Part shown: positions 39,550-49,685 of the stretch, piece by piece
Layout: each line of letters starts with the position of its first letter
How positions within the stretch are numbered: the first letter of the stretch is position 1
NCBI GenBank assembly: GCA_044226015.1
Contig: JBGAHS010000002.1
Location: 979,435 to 1,043,434 of the forward strand
DNA from: Candidatus Obscuribacteraceae bacterium
Lineage (GTDB): Bacteria > Cyanobacteriota > Vampirovibrionia > Obscuribacterales > Obscuribacteraceae
Direction: 5' to 3'
DNA length: 64,000 bases
Notes under the pieces: generated by a model
The model's database searches: none
What the model saw: only the letters and a program-made list of their open reading frames with translations
What the model was told of the DNA's origin: nothing
Made by a program: the position numbers and the translations under genes

Positions 39550-40320
39550 ATGAATATGCAATTCTCCTTTCGCAATCTCCTTATCATGAGCGTTGTTCCC
39601 GCGGTTTTAGCACTCACGGGATGCAAGGGATTCGGTCAAGTCGACCAGATGTGTTTTTATGGCCCGGTGCCAGATGAAGCCAGAATGAATGAACTAGAAC
39701 ATCTCGGCGTCAAAACGATGGTAGATTGCCGCCAGCGACCTAATCACAAACTCGAGAATGCGCAGCTCTGTGAGAAACACCATATTCAATACATTTTTCT
39801 GAAAACAGGTCTCTATAAAAACCCTGACGAAGCCGTCATGGACAAGTTTGTCACTATGATTAGTGACCCGAAAAATCTCCCCATCTATGTTTGTGATGTC
39901 GCAGCAAAAGATAGAACCCAGTTTTACCTCGCGGTATACCGAATTGCAAAAAATAAATGGACAGCGCAAGATGCATCTTGGAAGATGTACCGTAGCGGGT
40001 TGCGACACTGGTGGCCCTGGTTCTATAAGTTCCCTAGTGTCCTGGAAGCTCACGAGCAAAAATTCAAAAAGGACTTTGACAGACAACACGAACGGGCTCT
40101 CGCTCTTGGTGACAAGACTGACGCTCCGAACGGTCTGGTCTTGAGTAAAACCTCAGACGAGATATTCGCAGAAATGAGTGGCGGCAAAAAAATGAAAAAG
40201 CAGGATAATGAAAAGCGTTCTGTTAGCGAGAAAAAGCCACTCAAAAAAGATGAGCTAGTTGGTCCGAGTGTCATTACCGAAGAAGCTCCAGAGCAAAGCA
40301 GTATTAAGGCTTCTTTGTAA
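39550..40320 (+). CDS. Lipoprotein with DSP-like fold and degenerate active site
   Basis: Lipobox LALTGC; FGQVD, GVKTMVDCR, PIYVCDVAAKDRTQ aligns with the VHCxxGxDRTG motif of its neighbours. Confidence 0.75.
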   Translation: MNMQFSFRNLLIMSVVPAVLALTGCKGFGQVDQMCFYGPVPDEARMNELEHLGVKTMVDCRQRPNHKLENAQLCEKHHIQYIFLKTGLYKNPDEAVMDKFVTMISDPKNLPIYVCDVAAKDRTQFYLAVYRIAKNKWTAQDASWKMYRSGLRHWWPWFYKFPSVLEAHEQKFKKDFDRQHERALALGDKTDAPNGLVLSKTSDEIFAEMSGGKKMKKQDNEKRSVSEKKPLKKDELVGPSVITEEAPEQSSIKASL

Positions 40321-40448
40321 AGCTCTTGAAATAGCAATGTGGCGATAACAAGAAGTAACACGTTACATTTAGTATGGAACAACACCCTCGCGATTTTGCG
40401 AGGGCTCTTGCTTCGCTGAATTTCCTTTTTCGGAGGAGGGCATTCGCA

Positions 40449-41546
40449 GTGCGCTTTTTTGTTTTCTTTACCATGTCACTTTCTCTGGCAATCGCCAGCA
40501 TACCCTCTTCCGAGGCTCAAATGAGCGCTCTGAAAAACTTTCGTATTTCGAGATCTACCAAACCAGCCGAAGGCGAAAATACGCAACGTAGCCGCTATTC
40601 GGGTGATGGTATCAACGCCCCGTTAACTGGTGGCATCGAGCACCAGGAGGAAGACTCCCTGGTATCTCCTGACGAATTCAAAACGCTGCCAGCAAAATCG
40701 GACAGTTATAGCCGACCATTGTCAGGAATGACAGATAACACGCAACTAAGAGCGAACACCGGCATGAGCAACCTTCGCTCAGGTACAGATGCGTTTAACC
40801 TTAAATCTGGTTTGCTCAACAAAGTTTTGCCCTTGATCCAGGGAAATCCAACAGAAGACGCACTGCCTCCGCTGCCCAAGCTTCACGCAGACGTAAACAA
40901 CGACGAACTAAAAGTTCTCAAATCACGAGACATCGTGATCATGCAAGATCGATCAAGTTCAATGGGAGAGCGTGAAAATTTTCCTGAGGGAATGTTTCCG
41001 CGCTGGTACTGGTGCTTATCGCAAGCGATGGATTTCCGCCGACAAAGCGCACGAATCCCCGACTGGACCTTCAATCTAGTAATGTTCTCCAGTCAATATG
41101 ACGTTTACCGCAGCGTTCGCATGGAAATGCTGCCCACGGTCTTTTCTCGCAATCACATATGGATCGGAACAAAATTGGCCGAGCCTATGGCACAACAACT
41201 GGGAGAGTACTTCCAAAAACGAGGAATGCAGAGACAAGCGAAGCCGCTCGTAGTAGCAGTTATCACCGATGGCAAGCCACAGGATGAAAGCAATCTCAAA
41301 GATGTAATCATAAACGCTACGCACCAAATGCGATACCCGACAGAGGTTCAAATTGTATTTCTTCAAGTTGGAACAGACGATGAAAGCTACAAGAAATTGA
41401 GTAAGCTGGATAATCGATTGGTCTCAAACGGTGCAAAATATGACATTGTAGGCGTAATGCCGTTCAATGAGGTGACGCGCCTTGGGCTTGCAAGAGCACT
41501 CGTTAAAGCTGTGCAGACAGTGCCACAAGCTATGCCGCGCTATTAG
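40449..41546 (+). CDS. Exported vWA-domain protein
   Basis: Signal peptide, MIDAS DRSSSM, VITDG, FLQVG. Probable GTG start after GGAGG. Confidence 0.8.
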   Translation: MRFFVFFTMSLSLAIASIPSSEAQMSALKNFRISRSTKPAEGENTQRSRYSGDGINAPLTGGIEHQEEDSLVSPDEFKTLPAKSDSYSRPLSGMTDNTQLRANTGMSNLRSGTDAFNLKSGLLNKVLPLIQGNPTEDALPPLPKLHADVNNDELKVLKSRDIVIMQDRSSSMGERENFPEGMFPRWYWCLSQAMDFRRQSARIPDWTFNLVMFSSQYDVYRSVRMEMLPTVFSRNHIWIGTKLAEPMAQQLGEYFQKRGMQRQAKPLVVAVITDGKPQDESNLKDVIINATHQMRYPTEVQIVFLQVGTDDESYKKLSKLDNRLVSNGAKYDIVGVMPFNEVTRLGLARALVKAVQTVPQAMPRY

Positions 41547-41589
41547 GTCGAATCCTTCAACATTGTATGATAAGCAATCAGACTGAAAC

Positions 41590-42714
41590 TCATCCTAGCT
41601 GACGACGGAAACGCCACGCACTGATACTCAATAAAACGGAAGCGCTGATGATCAGAAAGGCGACGTTTGGTAGCAGAACGTCCCACGATGCACCTTTCAA
41701 TAAGCTTTCTCGCACAAACAGAGTAAAGTAACGCAGTGGGTCAAGCTTAGAAAGGCTCTGCAGGAAAGCTGGCATACTTTCAAATGGCACCACGCTTCCA
41801 GACAACTGTATGAGTGGAATACTAATGAAAAAGGACGATAACTGCGCCTGCCGTTGACTTGAGCAAAACGTTCCTAACAGCATCCCGAAACCGATGCAAG
41901 AAACTATGTAGGCTGATGCTCCCATCAGGAAAACCAGAGGATTGCAGAGGAAAGGTAATCCAAAGAACATTCTAGACAAAAGCAAGGCCAAAGTAAGATC
42001 GCACACGAGCAAAAACACCAGGGGCAAAATCTTGGCGAGAATAATCTCTCCTGCCGTAGGTGGAGCCATCAGCAATTGCTCAAGAGTACCATGCTCCTTC
42101 TCCCGCAAAAGCACTGCAGAAGACACCAGTGTTCCAACCACAGTCAGGACAGCACCTAAGACACCGGTGACAAAAAACCAGCTGCTCTTCAATCCCGAAT
42201 TGAATAACATCTTCGTTTCAATATCGACAGCAGGCTTGTGCTCTTCATTAATGTCGGATGGATTGAAATGAGCAGCAATGTCTTTGAGATAAGCTTTGGC
42301 AACATTTGCTGTGTATGCGTCAGTTCCATCAAGAATGGTTTGACTCTCAAGGATATTTTCCTTATTGTATTTTTCTGCAAAATCGCTTGGGATAATCAAG
42401 GCCGCAGAAGCCTTTCCTTGCTCAACCATCTTGTAAGTCTGGTCAGGATTGTTCATTCTCTTGATTGGATTGAAGACTGATGCAGAGCTAAACGCATCTA
42501 CATAATCTCTGCTAATGGCAGTATTGGATTGGTCACAAACTGCAAGACTTAAGTTGTGCAATTCTGGATCTAGAGAAGCAGAGAGAATCAATAACTGCAC
42601 AGTCGGCGGAACAAGCAAAAGATACAATAAAAGCTTGTTTCGCAGTGTCTGCCTGAACTCCTTTTTTACGAGAGCCCAAAGCCTTGAACCTAAGATAGCG
42701 TCAAAAATATTCAT
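41590..42714 (-). CDS. ABC-2 exporter permease (YbhR-like)
   Basis: KKEFRQ, REKEHGTLEQL, LSGSVVPFESMP, DPLRYF. Confidence 0.9.
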   Translation of the reverse strand: MNIFDAILGSRLWALVKKEFRQTLRNKLLLYLLLVPPTVQLLILSASLDPELHNLSLAVCDQSNTAISRDYVDAFSSASVFNPIKRMNNPDQTYKMVEQGKASAALIIPSDFAEKYNKENILESQTILDGTDAYTANVAKAYLKDIAAHFNPSDINEEHKPAVDIETKMLFNSGLKSSWFFVTGVLGAVLTVVGTLVSSAVLLREKEHGTLEQLLMAPPTAGEIILAKILPLVFLLVCDLTLALLLSRMFFGLPFLCNPLVFLMGASAYIVSCIGFGMLLGTFCSSQRQAQLSSFFISIPLIQLSGSVVPFESMPAFLQSLSKLDPLRYFTLFVRESLLKGASWDVLLPNVAFLIISASVLLSISAWRFRRQLG

Positions 42715-42722
42715 ATGCGCAT

Positions 42723-43826
42723 CTATTCCTTAAACTTCATCTGGCGCCAGGAAAACCAGGAAATCGAAAAAAGTCCCAAGCAAAACAAAATCAAAACTGT
42801 AATATCCTGAACAACTGCGAAGCCGCCCATTCCGCGCTCGAACGAGTCGCGACTTACTTCAATGAAATATCGGGCGGGTACAAGATAAGAGAACAAAGAC
42901 AACGGGAATGGAATATTGCTGATTGGATAAACGAACCCAGACAAAAGCAAACACGTAAAAAACCCCAAACTAGAAACGCCCTGAACTGCATTGCTCTGCG
43001 AATTCGCACACGAACCCAGAGCCATGCCAAACAAAACAGAGCACAGAACATAGATGGGCAATGCAATAAAAAACAACGGCGCACTCGCAAGAAAATGCAG
43101 CCCAAAAATAAAGGTTGCAAGACTGATGATTATCACAGCCTGAGCCAAACCTACGAGTGTGTACACAAGGGCCTTTCCCAGAACAAGCTCATGAGCTTTT
43201 ATGCTAGAAACGAAAACTTGAAGTACCGTCCCCTGCTCTTTTTCTCGCGCCATTGCAACACAAGCCAACAGAGATGGAAACATCCAGAGCACAATGCCGA
43301 AGACTCCTGGCACTATGAATAGCGACTCCTTCAAGCCTGGGTTGAACCACACTCGCAAATTTGGCTTAACCTGAACAGGGGGCTTGTCTATACCGTTGGC
43401 CAGGACAAAATAAGTGCAGGCTCCTCTTATAGTGGCATCTATCAAACGGGCATTAACGATATCAGTGCCATCCACCGAAACGTCAATTGATGTTGGACTC
43501 TTCGATAACAACTTGCTCTCAAAATCTTGAGGTATTGTCACGCTAGCTTTGGTTTCGCTGGCAAGCTCTTTCTCTACTGAAATTGCCTTATCAGCATCTT
43601 GTATGTGCAACGTGTTGGTTGCTTCTAGCCTTTCAATAAATGCTCTGCTGGCAGTAGTCTTACTGTTATCATGCACTGAAACTAAGACGTTATGAGATTG
43701 CATTCGGACTCCAAAGCCAAAGAGCAATAGCGTAATAAGCGGTAGCAGGAATGCCAATGAGAGACTCAAGCGATCGCGTTTGAACTCGCACCACTCTTTA
43801 AGCGCTTGCTCCAGGATATGTCTCAT
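42723..43826 (-). CDS. ABC-2 exporter permease (YbhS-like)
   Basis: WFNPGL, FIVPG, AREKEQGT, LSGFVYPI, PARYF. Confidence 0.9.
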   Translation of the reverse strand: MRHILEQALKEWCEFKRDRLSLSLAFLLPLITLLLFGFGVRMQSHNVLVSVHDNSKTTASRAFIERLEATNTLHIQDADKAISVEKELASETKASVTIPQDFESKLLSKSPTSIDVSVDGTDIVNARLIDATIRGACTYFVLANGIDKPPVQVKPNLRVWFNPGLKESLFIVPGVFGIVLWMFPSLLACVAMAREKEQGTVLQVFVSSIKAHELVLGKALVYTLVGLAQAVIIISLATFIFGLHFLASAPLFFIALPIYVLCSVLFGMALGSCANSQSNAVQGVSSLGFFTCLLLSGFVYPISNIPFPLSLFSYLVPARYFIEVSRDSFERGMGGFAVVQDITVLILFCLGLFSISWFSWRQMKFKE

Positions 43827-45601
43827 CTGACACCTCCCTGCGGATAGCGTGCATTCTGAACGAGCTGAATGAAGGCTTCTTCAATCGAGCCTGCATTTTG
43901 TGAAGCTTTAAGTTCAGATGGCGAAGACTCCGCAAGAATCTGTCCTGCGACCATTACTCCGAGGCGATTGCAATATTCCGCTTCGTCAAGAAAATGAGTG
44001 GTGAGAAGCACAGATGCACCATTTGCTGCAAAGAGCCTTATCAAACTCCACAATTCTCTACGAGCAACCGGGTCAACGCCTGAACTGGGTTCGTCAAGGA
44101 ATATAAGCTCCGGAAAGTGCATGACAGCAGCGGCAAATGCTACTCGTTGTTTCCAGCCTCTAGGCAAGGAAGATACTATCTCCCTGGTATGGTCAGACAG
44201 TCCACAAGACTCAATCATCCAGTCCAAACGTGCCTTTCTCTGACGCAGAGGAATCTCATAAACACCAGCAAATAACTCAAGATTTTCGGCAACGCTCAAG
44301 TCGCCGTAGAGCGTGCTTTTCTGGCTCATATAGCCAATTCTCTTGCGCAGCGTTCCATTCTCGAGAGCGTGCTCACCGAGTATTTTTATTTGACCTGAAC
44401 TCGGGCGTTGTAATCCACAGAGCATTTGAATCGTAGTGGTCTTGCCTGCACCATTCGCACCGAGCAGTCCGTAAATTTCACCACGCTTAACTTCTAAACA
44501 AAAGTCCTGAACCGCGACAAACGAACCAAATTGTTTGCGCAGGTTTTTCGCTTCAATGGCTGCACCATTAGTGGCATCGACTCGCACGCAGTTCTCTGGC
44601 AAAACGTGAGTTATAACAGGCAGCTCTCCTCTCTTTGCCATGTGCAGATAAAAGACATTTTCCACGCTTGGTTCTGTCAGTATAATGCGATCAATTGCAA
44701 CCTCATCTTGAGTCAACAAAGAACGCAACTGCTCAACAAGTTCGGCTTCCCGTGGAACGAGTATATCCACACGATCTCCCAGCGGCGAGACGTCCCTAAT
44801 AAAATCGGGACTATGAACTTGAGCAGCTCTACAAACCTGAACTGCTTTATCAATTGCTGACGTATAGATTTCAATGCGGTTCAAGTTTAATGCATTTTTC
44901 AGCTCACGCGGCGAGCCTGAAACCTCAATAGCACCATCCATCATAAGACCAATGCGATCGCAGAACTCCGCTTCATCCCAATACGGAGTAGCCAGAAGTA
45001 TTGCTGTACCCGACCGTTCCCTTGCTTCCTCCACAAGGTCCCAAAACTCGCGTCGAGAAAGAGGGTCAACACCAGCAGTTGGCTCATCCATCAGAATTAA
45101 CGCGGGCTCAGAAATCAGCGCACAACAAAGTGCCAACTTCTGCTTCATGCCACCAGAGAGTCGTCCACTTGGACGATCCCTAAATCGGGCCAGGTCCATA
45201 TGCTCTAAGAATTCTTCTTTTCGCTGCTCGAATACGTCTCGAGGTACATCATGCAGCCCGGCAACGTAGCGCAGATTTTCTTCAATACTCAAATCGGGAT
45301 ACAGAGAGTACTGCTGGCTCAAATATCCAATCAATTGCCTGGCGTCATGAGGTTTGCGCCCCAGAACTTCTAGCTCGCCAGAATGAGAGGAAAGCACACC
45401 AGCGAGAATTTGCATTGCGGTTGTTTTGCCGGCTCCATCTGGACCGATCAAACCATAAAGCTCACCCGGTTTGACATCGAAACTAAGATTTCTCAATACC
45501 TCTTTCGTGCCAAAAGATCGACAAAGTTGATTGACTCTCAGTACTAGATTGTGGGTTTCCATTTTGGTATCAAAAGCGGTGCGCGATACTCCTGCCGTCA
45601 T
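43823..45601 (-). CDS. Double ABC ATPase (YbhF-like)
   Basis: GPDGAGKTT/LSGGMKQK/DEPT and GANGAGKTT/LPRGWKQR/DEPS; start overlaps the upstream stop. Confidence 0.93.
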   Translation of the reverse strand: MTAGVSRTAFDTKMETHNLVLRVNQLCRSFGTKEVLRNLSFDVKPGELYGLIGPDGAGKTTAMQILAGVLSSHSGELEVLGRKPHDARQLIGYLSQQYSLYPDLSIEENLRYVAGLHDVPRDVFEQRKEEFLEHMDLARFRDRPSGRLSGGMKQKLALCCALISEPALILMDEPTAGVDPLSRREFWDLVEEARERSGTAILLATPYWDEAEFCDRIGLMMDGAIEVSGSPRELKNALNLNRIEIYTSAIDKAVQVCRAAQVHSPDFIRDVSPLGDRVDILVPREAELVEQLRSLLTQDEVAIDRIILTEPSVENVFYLHMAKRGELPVITHVLPENCVRVDATNGAAIEAKNLRKQFGSFVAVQDFCLEVKRGEIYGLLGANGAGKTTTIQMLCGLQRPSSGQIKILGEHALENGTLRKRIGYMSQKSTLYGDLSVAENLELFAGVYEIPLRQRKARLDWMIESCGLSDHTREIVSSLPRGWKQRVAFAAAVMHFPELIFLDEPSSGVDPVARRELWSLIRLFAANGASVLLTTHFLDEAEYCNRLGVMVAGQILAESSPSELKASQNAGSIEEAFIQLVQNARYPQGGVR

Positions 45602-46695
45602 TTCTCTGATGGCTCCTCCGCTTCTAGCTCTGCTTCGCAAGACATTCCTGGCTTGGCAGTTCCATCAGGATTGTCAATTCTCAGCTTCATTCCAAAAACT
45701 TGTTTGACACGGTCATCTTTGAAGTAAATATTTTCAGGAGTGAAGGATGGCTTAGCGTCAATTGAACTGATATGAGCGCTAAGTCTCTTCTTGCTATTGC
45801 CTTCATCAATAAGCACAGTAGCAGACTGACCCACTTTCACCAGCCCGATCTGCGACTCAGGAATGAAGCCTCTTACATAAACGCTCGCTGGGTCGTTAAT
45901 GAGCATTAACGGCTTCCCGGCAGGTACGACATCGCCGCCATGCACCAGCACATTAGCAACGACTCCATCGATTGGCGAAACAATCTTGTACTGTCCTTTT
46001 TTGATGGACAACTGCCTCTTTGCTGACTGAGCTTTTTCCACACTTGCCTGCGCCAGCATAATTTGTGAGTTGACCTGCGCAAGCGCCATCTGCTGCGAAT
46101 CATGCTGTGCCCTGGCAATCTGCTGCTTTATCGACTTTTCAACTTTTTCTGCTTTCTTGGCTGGTGCCGTTATCGGTTTCATCAGCAAACGGGCTGGAGC
46201 CGTAACAAGACTGAATGCTTTCTTGCCGAATCCTGCTGGTTTAGCTACAGTAGTTTCTTCGCTAGCTACTTGTGCCTGAGAAGTCTCAAGCATTTTTTGT
46301 CCAAGCTTAGCCTTCTGAGATTTCGCATACACGAGTAAACGTCTTGCCTCAACAAGCGCTCTTTCGGCTTCGACAGCTCCTGCAGAAAGGGCGCTATCAT
46401 CGAGCTTTACAAGCTCCTGCTCTTTCTTAACCGTATCACCTTCTTTGATCAATACGGTTTCGATTCTTCCTGGCGCAATGCTTGCTACTCTAAATTGCTC
46501 AATCTCAATTCGTCCACTAATTGAAAGCTCAGGCTTTTCTAGCTGGGAATCAGTCAGCGTCTTTAGCCAAACCAGAAGAGCGACCTCCAGGATAACGAGG
46601 GCTATCGCCCCCATGACCAGAAGGGTTCTTTTTCTAGCACGACTGCTCGCGGCCGCACTCGTGCTGACTGTCGCTCTTCCTGTTTTTGTATACAT
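45598..46695 (-). CDS. HlyD/membrane fusion protein (YbhG-like)
   Basis: N-terminal TM, SGRIE, EGDTVKK, SPIDGVV, FTPENI, KPGM. Confidence 0.9.
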   Translation of the reverse strand: MYTKTGRATVSTSAAASSRARKRTLLVMGAIALVILEVALLVWLKTLTDSQLEKPELSISGRIEIEQFRVASIAPGRIETVLIKEGDTVKKEQELVKLDDSALSAGAVEAERALVEARRLLVYAKSQKAKLGQKMLETSQAQVASEETTVAKPAGFGKKAFSLVTAPARLLMKPITAPAKKAEKVEKSIKQQIARAQHDSQQMALAQVNSQIMLAQASVEKAQSAKRQLSIKKGQYKIVSPIDGVVANVLVHGGDVVPAGKPLMLINDPASVYVRGFIPESQIGLVKVGQSATVLIDEGNSKKRLSAHISSIDAKPSFTPENIYFKDDRVKQVFGMKLRIDNPDGTAKPGMSCEAELEAEEPSEK

Positions 46696-46715
46696 CTTTG
46701 GCTCCGAAATGTGTA

Positions 46716-48089
46716 TTAGTTTGATGTGGATGGTTTAACACTAATTGTGGTGGCTGGCGTTTTTTCAGCGATTAGTTTCATAAGCGCATTAGCTCTTTGC
46801 ACACCAGCGTCTTCCTTTCCGAGACTGTCAGATCGAACCTTTATGATGTCCTGCAAGTGTTTTTGTGCATCAGCTATTTGTCCTTGCGCAACATCGACAT
46901 TGGCAATTGTTTCTTTGTCACTCATTAAGAGAAGAGCTGGCTGACCCATCGCCTGTCTTTGCGCTAAGGATTGCTCTGCAAGACTTTTTCCTTCATGAAG
47001 TTGTTTGTTTGCAACAGCTATCTTGCCCAGCAAAGACAGGTAATCGGCGTGTGCTGCTGCATCCTTATTCTTAGAAATCAAATCTGCTTTCGCCATTTCA
47101 TCGAGCAGTTGCTTTGCAGCACTATTCTCTCCAGCAGCAAATTTGAGCTCAGCTAACGACTGCATATCGCAAAGATAATCGGCTGCATCTGGAGCAAGAT
47201 TTTTGCGATCATATTGAAGCAGTTTTGCAACGTGCACACCCAAACCATCAGTTCTGCCCAGAGCCAATTCAGCTCGTACGTAGTTTCTGGTACACGCCAT
47301 CATTGTTCCCGCATCTTCATTGGCTTGCGCAGCCCGAATTGCAAAAGCCTTTTCCATGCATCTAGCAGACTCGACTATTTGTCCAGCCTGCCAATTAACA
47401 ACCGCAAGCAATTCTTGATGTCGAGCTGCCATGTCAGTTGAGGCGTTATTATCAAATTCAACAAGCTCATTAATGTACTTACTTGCAGAGACAAAGTCTC
47501 TGTTACTCATAGCAATTTTGGCGAGACCTTCCTTTGCAAGAGCAATTGATTCTCCACTACCGCCTGCAACTGTCGCTGCCTCACTGTAGCTGGCTTTTGC
47601 CTTTTGCGAATCTCCTGCTTCTTCATAAAATTCTGCAGCTTTCAGCAACGCATCAATTTTTGCTTGTCCCTGAAGAGTCGACGAATCACCGCGAACAGCA
47701 ATCGCTTTTAGCCCAGCTTGCAAACTGTCCTTTTGATCCCCAGTGATTTTGTAAGCTTGTGATAAAGCCTCGAAAGTCTCAGCCATTTCAGGGCGACTCA
47801 ACTTTAGCAACTCTGCCTCTTCGACCGCTTTGCCAAGCATATAAAGAGCAGCGTCATAGTCACCCTTTTTCATGGCTTCTACACCACATCGATGATATTT
47901 CGACCAGAGCCCATATACAACTTGTTTTCGTTTTGCTTCGTCTAGTGGAGCAGCCTGGCCTGGTACAGTTTGATTTGACGGCAGCGCATTGAGTGCCTGC
48001 GCAAAAACGGAATTTGTTGAAACACTGAAAAGTGCGAGTCCAAACATCAATGAACATGCACTGTTTTTTATAGAAAATTTGGCCGTCAT
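46716..48089 (-). CDS. Exported TPR-like helical repeat protein
   Basis: Signal peptide, Ala-rich TPR-like helices; GAGAGG RBS before ATG at 48089. Confidence 0.75.
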   Translation of the reverse strand: MTAKFSIKNSACSLMFGLALFSVSTNSVFAQALNALPSNQTVPGQAAPLDEAKRKQVVYGLWSKYHRCGVEAMKKGDYDAALYMLGKAVEEAELLKLSRPEMAETFEALSQAYKITGDQKDSLQAGLKAIAVRGDSSTLQGQAKIDALLKAAEFYEEAGDSQKAKASYSEAATVAGGSGESIALAKEGLAKIAMSNRDFVSASKYINELVEFDNNASTDMAARHQELLAVVNWQAGQIVESARCMEKAFAIRAAQANEDAGTMMACTRNYVRAELALGRTDGLGVHVAKLLQYDRKNLAPDAADYLCDMQSLAELKFAAGENSAAKQLLDEMAKADLISKNKDAAAHADYLSLLGKIAVANKQLHEGKSLAEQSLAQRQAMGQPALLLMSDKETIANVDVAQGQIADAQKHLQDIIKVRSDSLGKEDAGVQRANALMKLIAEKTPATTISVKPSTSN

Positions 48090-48165
48090 ATTCCTCTCCC
48101 TGAATATACGATTTTTTGTATGCTCCGGACAGGACAACCCTGCCCGGAGCGTGTACCGCGAACCC

Positions 48166-49218
48166 TTAATAAGGCTTCGTCAGTCTCCAACCAATCTGGT
48201 CTTTTCTACGCAGTCTCAGATAATCGCTTTGCGGTGCGTTCTGAGAAGCGACGGTCAGTTCTTTCACGGACTTACCGATATCGTCACGAACCTCTCTCAA
48301 ATCTGCGATAAAGAGAGCAGGCTCTGGATCCTCAGGATGCAGCAATTGTGCTTCTCTGTAGCGAACTAACGCAGCCTGATCAAGCCCCTTACTTTCCATA
48401 GCTTCCCCCAGGGCGAGATGAACTTGCGCATCATCATGGTCTAACCATCGAGCAGACTCGAGTTCAGAAATTGCTTCCTCGACTCGACCTTGCTTAAGCA
48501 AGGATGTACCGAGACCATAATGTGCACGCTGATTATTTGGTTCCATAGCAAGCGCTCTGCGGAACTGAATTTCTGCAGCCTCAGGGTCACGCTTCATCAT
48601 CGATTGGAATCCGTCATCACGCACGCTGGCGGAGCTGACCATGTCGAGTTGAAGTTCTGGACGAGCCTCGTTTGCAGCATGGTTTAGACGAGCTGCTTTC
48701 CATTGCGCTCTCTTGAATGGAGGCGAGTAAGGCGCGTACAAATAGTCGCCAGACAACTGGGCGACGTAATTGTTGACTTTCTCACCGTCAGCAAGAGCAC
48801 TTCTAAGATTAGCAGCCCACTCATCTGCGAGCGCCTCCATCGAAGTACCGTTCATTGCGGCGAGGTTTGAGTCGATAGTGAGTACGTGCTTGCCACCTAC
48901 GCGAATAACCGGTAAGTGATTAACAGTCACGATCTCGACTGCCGACGGTGAACGATCCTTGCTCGAAATTAGAGCGTTGTTCAGATTGCGTTCAATAATC
49001 GTGCTTCTTTCTTCGGCGGTAAAACCACCTGCAGCAGCCCGAATAGTGAACACATCTGTTCCAGCGCAACGAACTGGACTAATCGCCGAGCTAATATAAC
49101 CTTTCTGGATAACAATTTTTTCAGTGCTCGTCTGCACTGTCTCTGCCGATGCCGGCAACGCGGCTACTGCCGTAAACAGTGCCAGAGCACTAAGAATAAT
49201 TTGATTCTTGCTTCTCAT
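48166..49218 (-). CDS. Exported protein with N-terminal alpha/beta domain and C-terminal TPRs
   Basis: Signal peptide (ASA), TPRs RAHYGLGTSLLKQG and QVHLALGEAM; AGGAG RBS. Confidence 0.8.
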   Translation of the reverse strand: MRSKNQIILSALALFTAVAALPASAETVQTSTEKIVIQKGYISSAISPVRCAGTDVFTIRAAAGGFTAEERSTIIERNLNNALISSKDRSPSAVEIVTVNHLPVIRVGGKHVLTIDSNLAAMNGTSMEALADEWAANLRSALADGEKVNNYVAQLSGDYLYAPYSPPFKRAQWKAARLNHAANEARPELQLDMVSSASVRDDGFQSMMKRDPEAAEIQFRRALAMEPNNQRAHYGLGTSLLKQGRVEEAISELESARWLDHDDAQVHLALGEAMESKGLDQAALVRYREAQLLHPEDPEPALFIADLREVRDDIGKSVKELTVASQNAPQSDYLRLRRKDQIGWRLTKPY

Positions 49219-49278
49219 GGCAATCTCCTCAACTGGGACCTAACAATAACGACTATTGAAAGCACCACCGGTGGATAT

Positions 49279-49303
49279 GACGCGGGGCCACCCTTCCGGT
49301 TCC
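49279..49303 (-). promoter_or_regulatory. ECF-sigma-type promoter GGAAC-N16-CGTC
   Basis: Minus strand GGAACcggaagggtggccccgCGTC upstream of 49218. Confidence 0.75.
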
Positions 49304-49613
49304 AAGTCATAAGAAGCCATTTTTCAACGACTAACACCAGGCAAGGATGCTGCTCAACCCTTTCAACAGGGAGGCGCCAATGCATAGCCAGAGAAGCTTT
49401 GTATCGATTTCAAATCAGAACGCGCAGCGCACCATGTAGCAACTGCATTTGACGTCAAGCTGGGAGAAACCCGATCAGATCTAATGCAATCCGATTGCAG
49501 GCAGAAATGATGAGCAGTCCAGCTTGCATCAGCAAATAATCAGCAGGAAGCGCCCATTGAGGGTCTCATCCGATCCCATATAAATGAATAGAACGCGACA
49601 GAGGCGGTAACGC

Positions 49614-49659
49614 AAAAAGTTTGCGGCTAGCGCTGTAATAAACGCGCTAGCCACAAACT
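49614..49659 (-). terminator. Intrinsic terminator after the XRE regulator
   Basis: Minus strand agtttgtggctagcgc...gcgctagccgcaaac followed by ttttt. Confidence 0.8.
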
Positions 49660-49685
49660 AAGCTGATTATTGAAAAACTCGGTGA

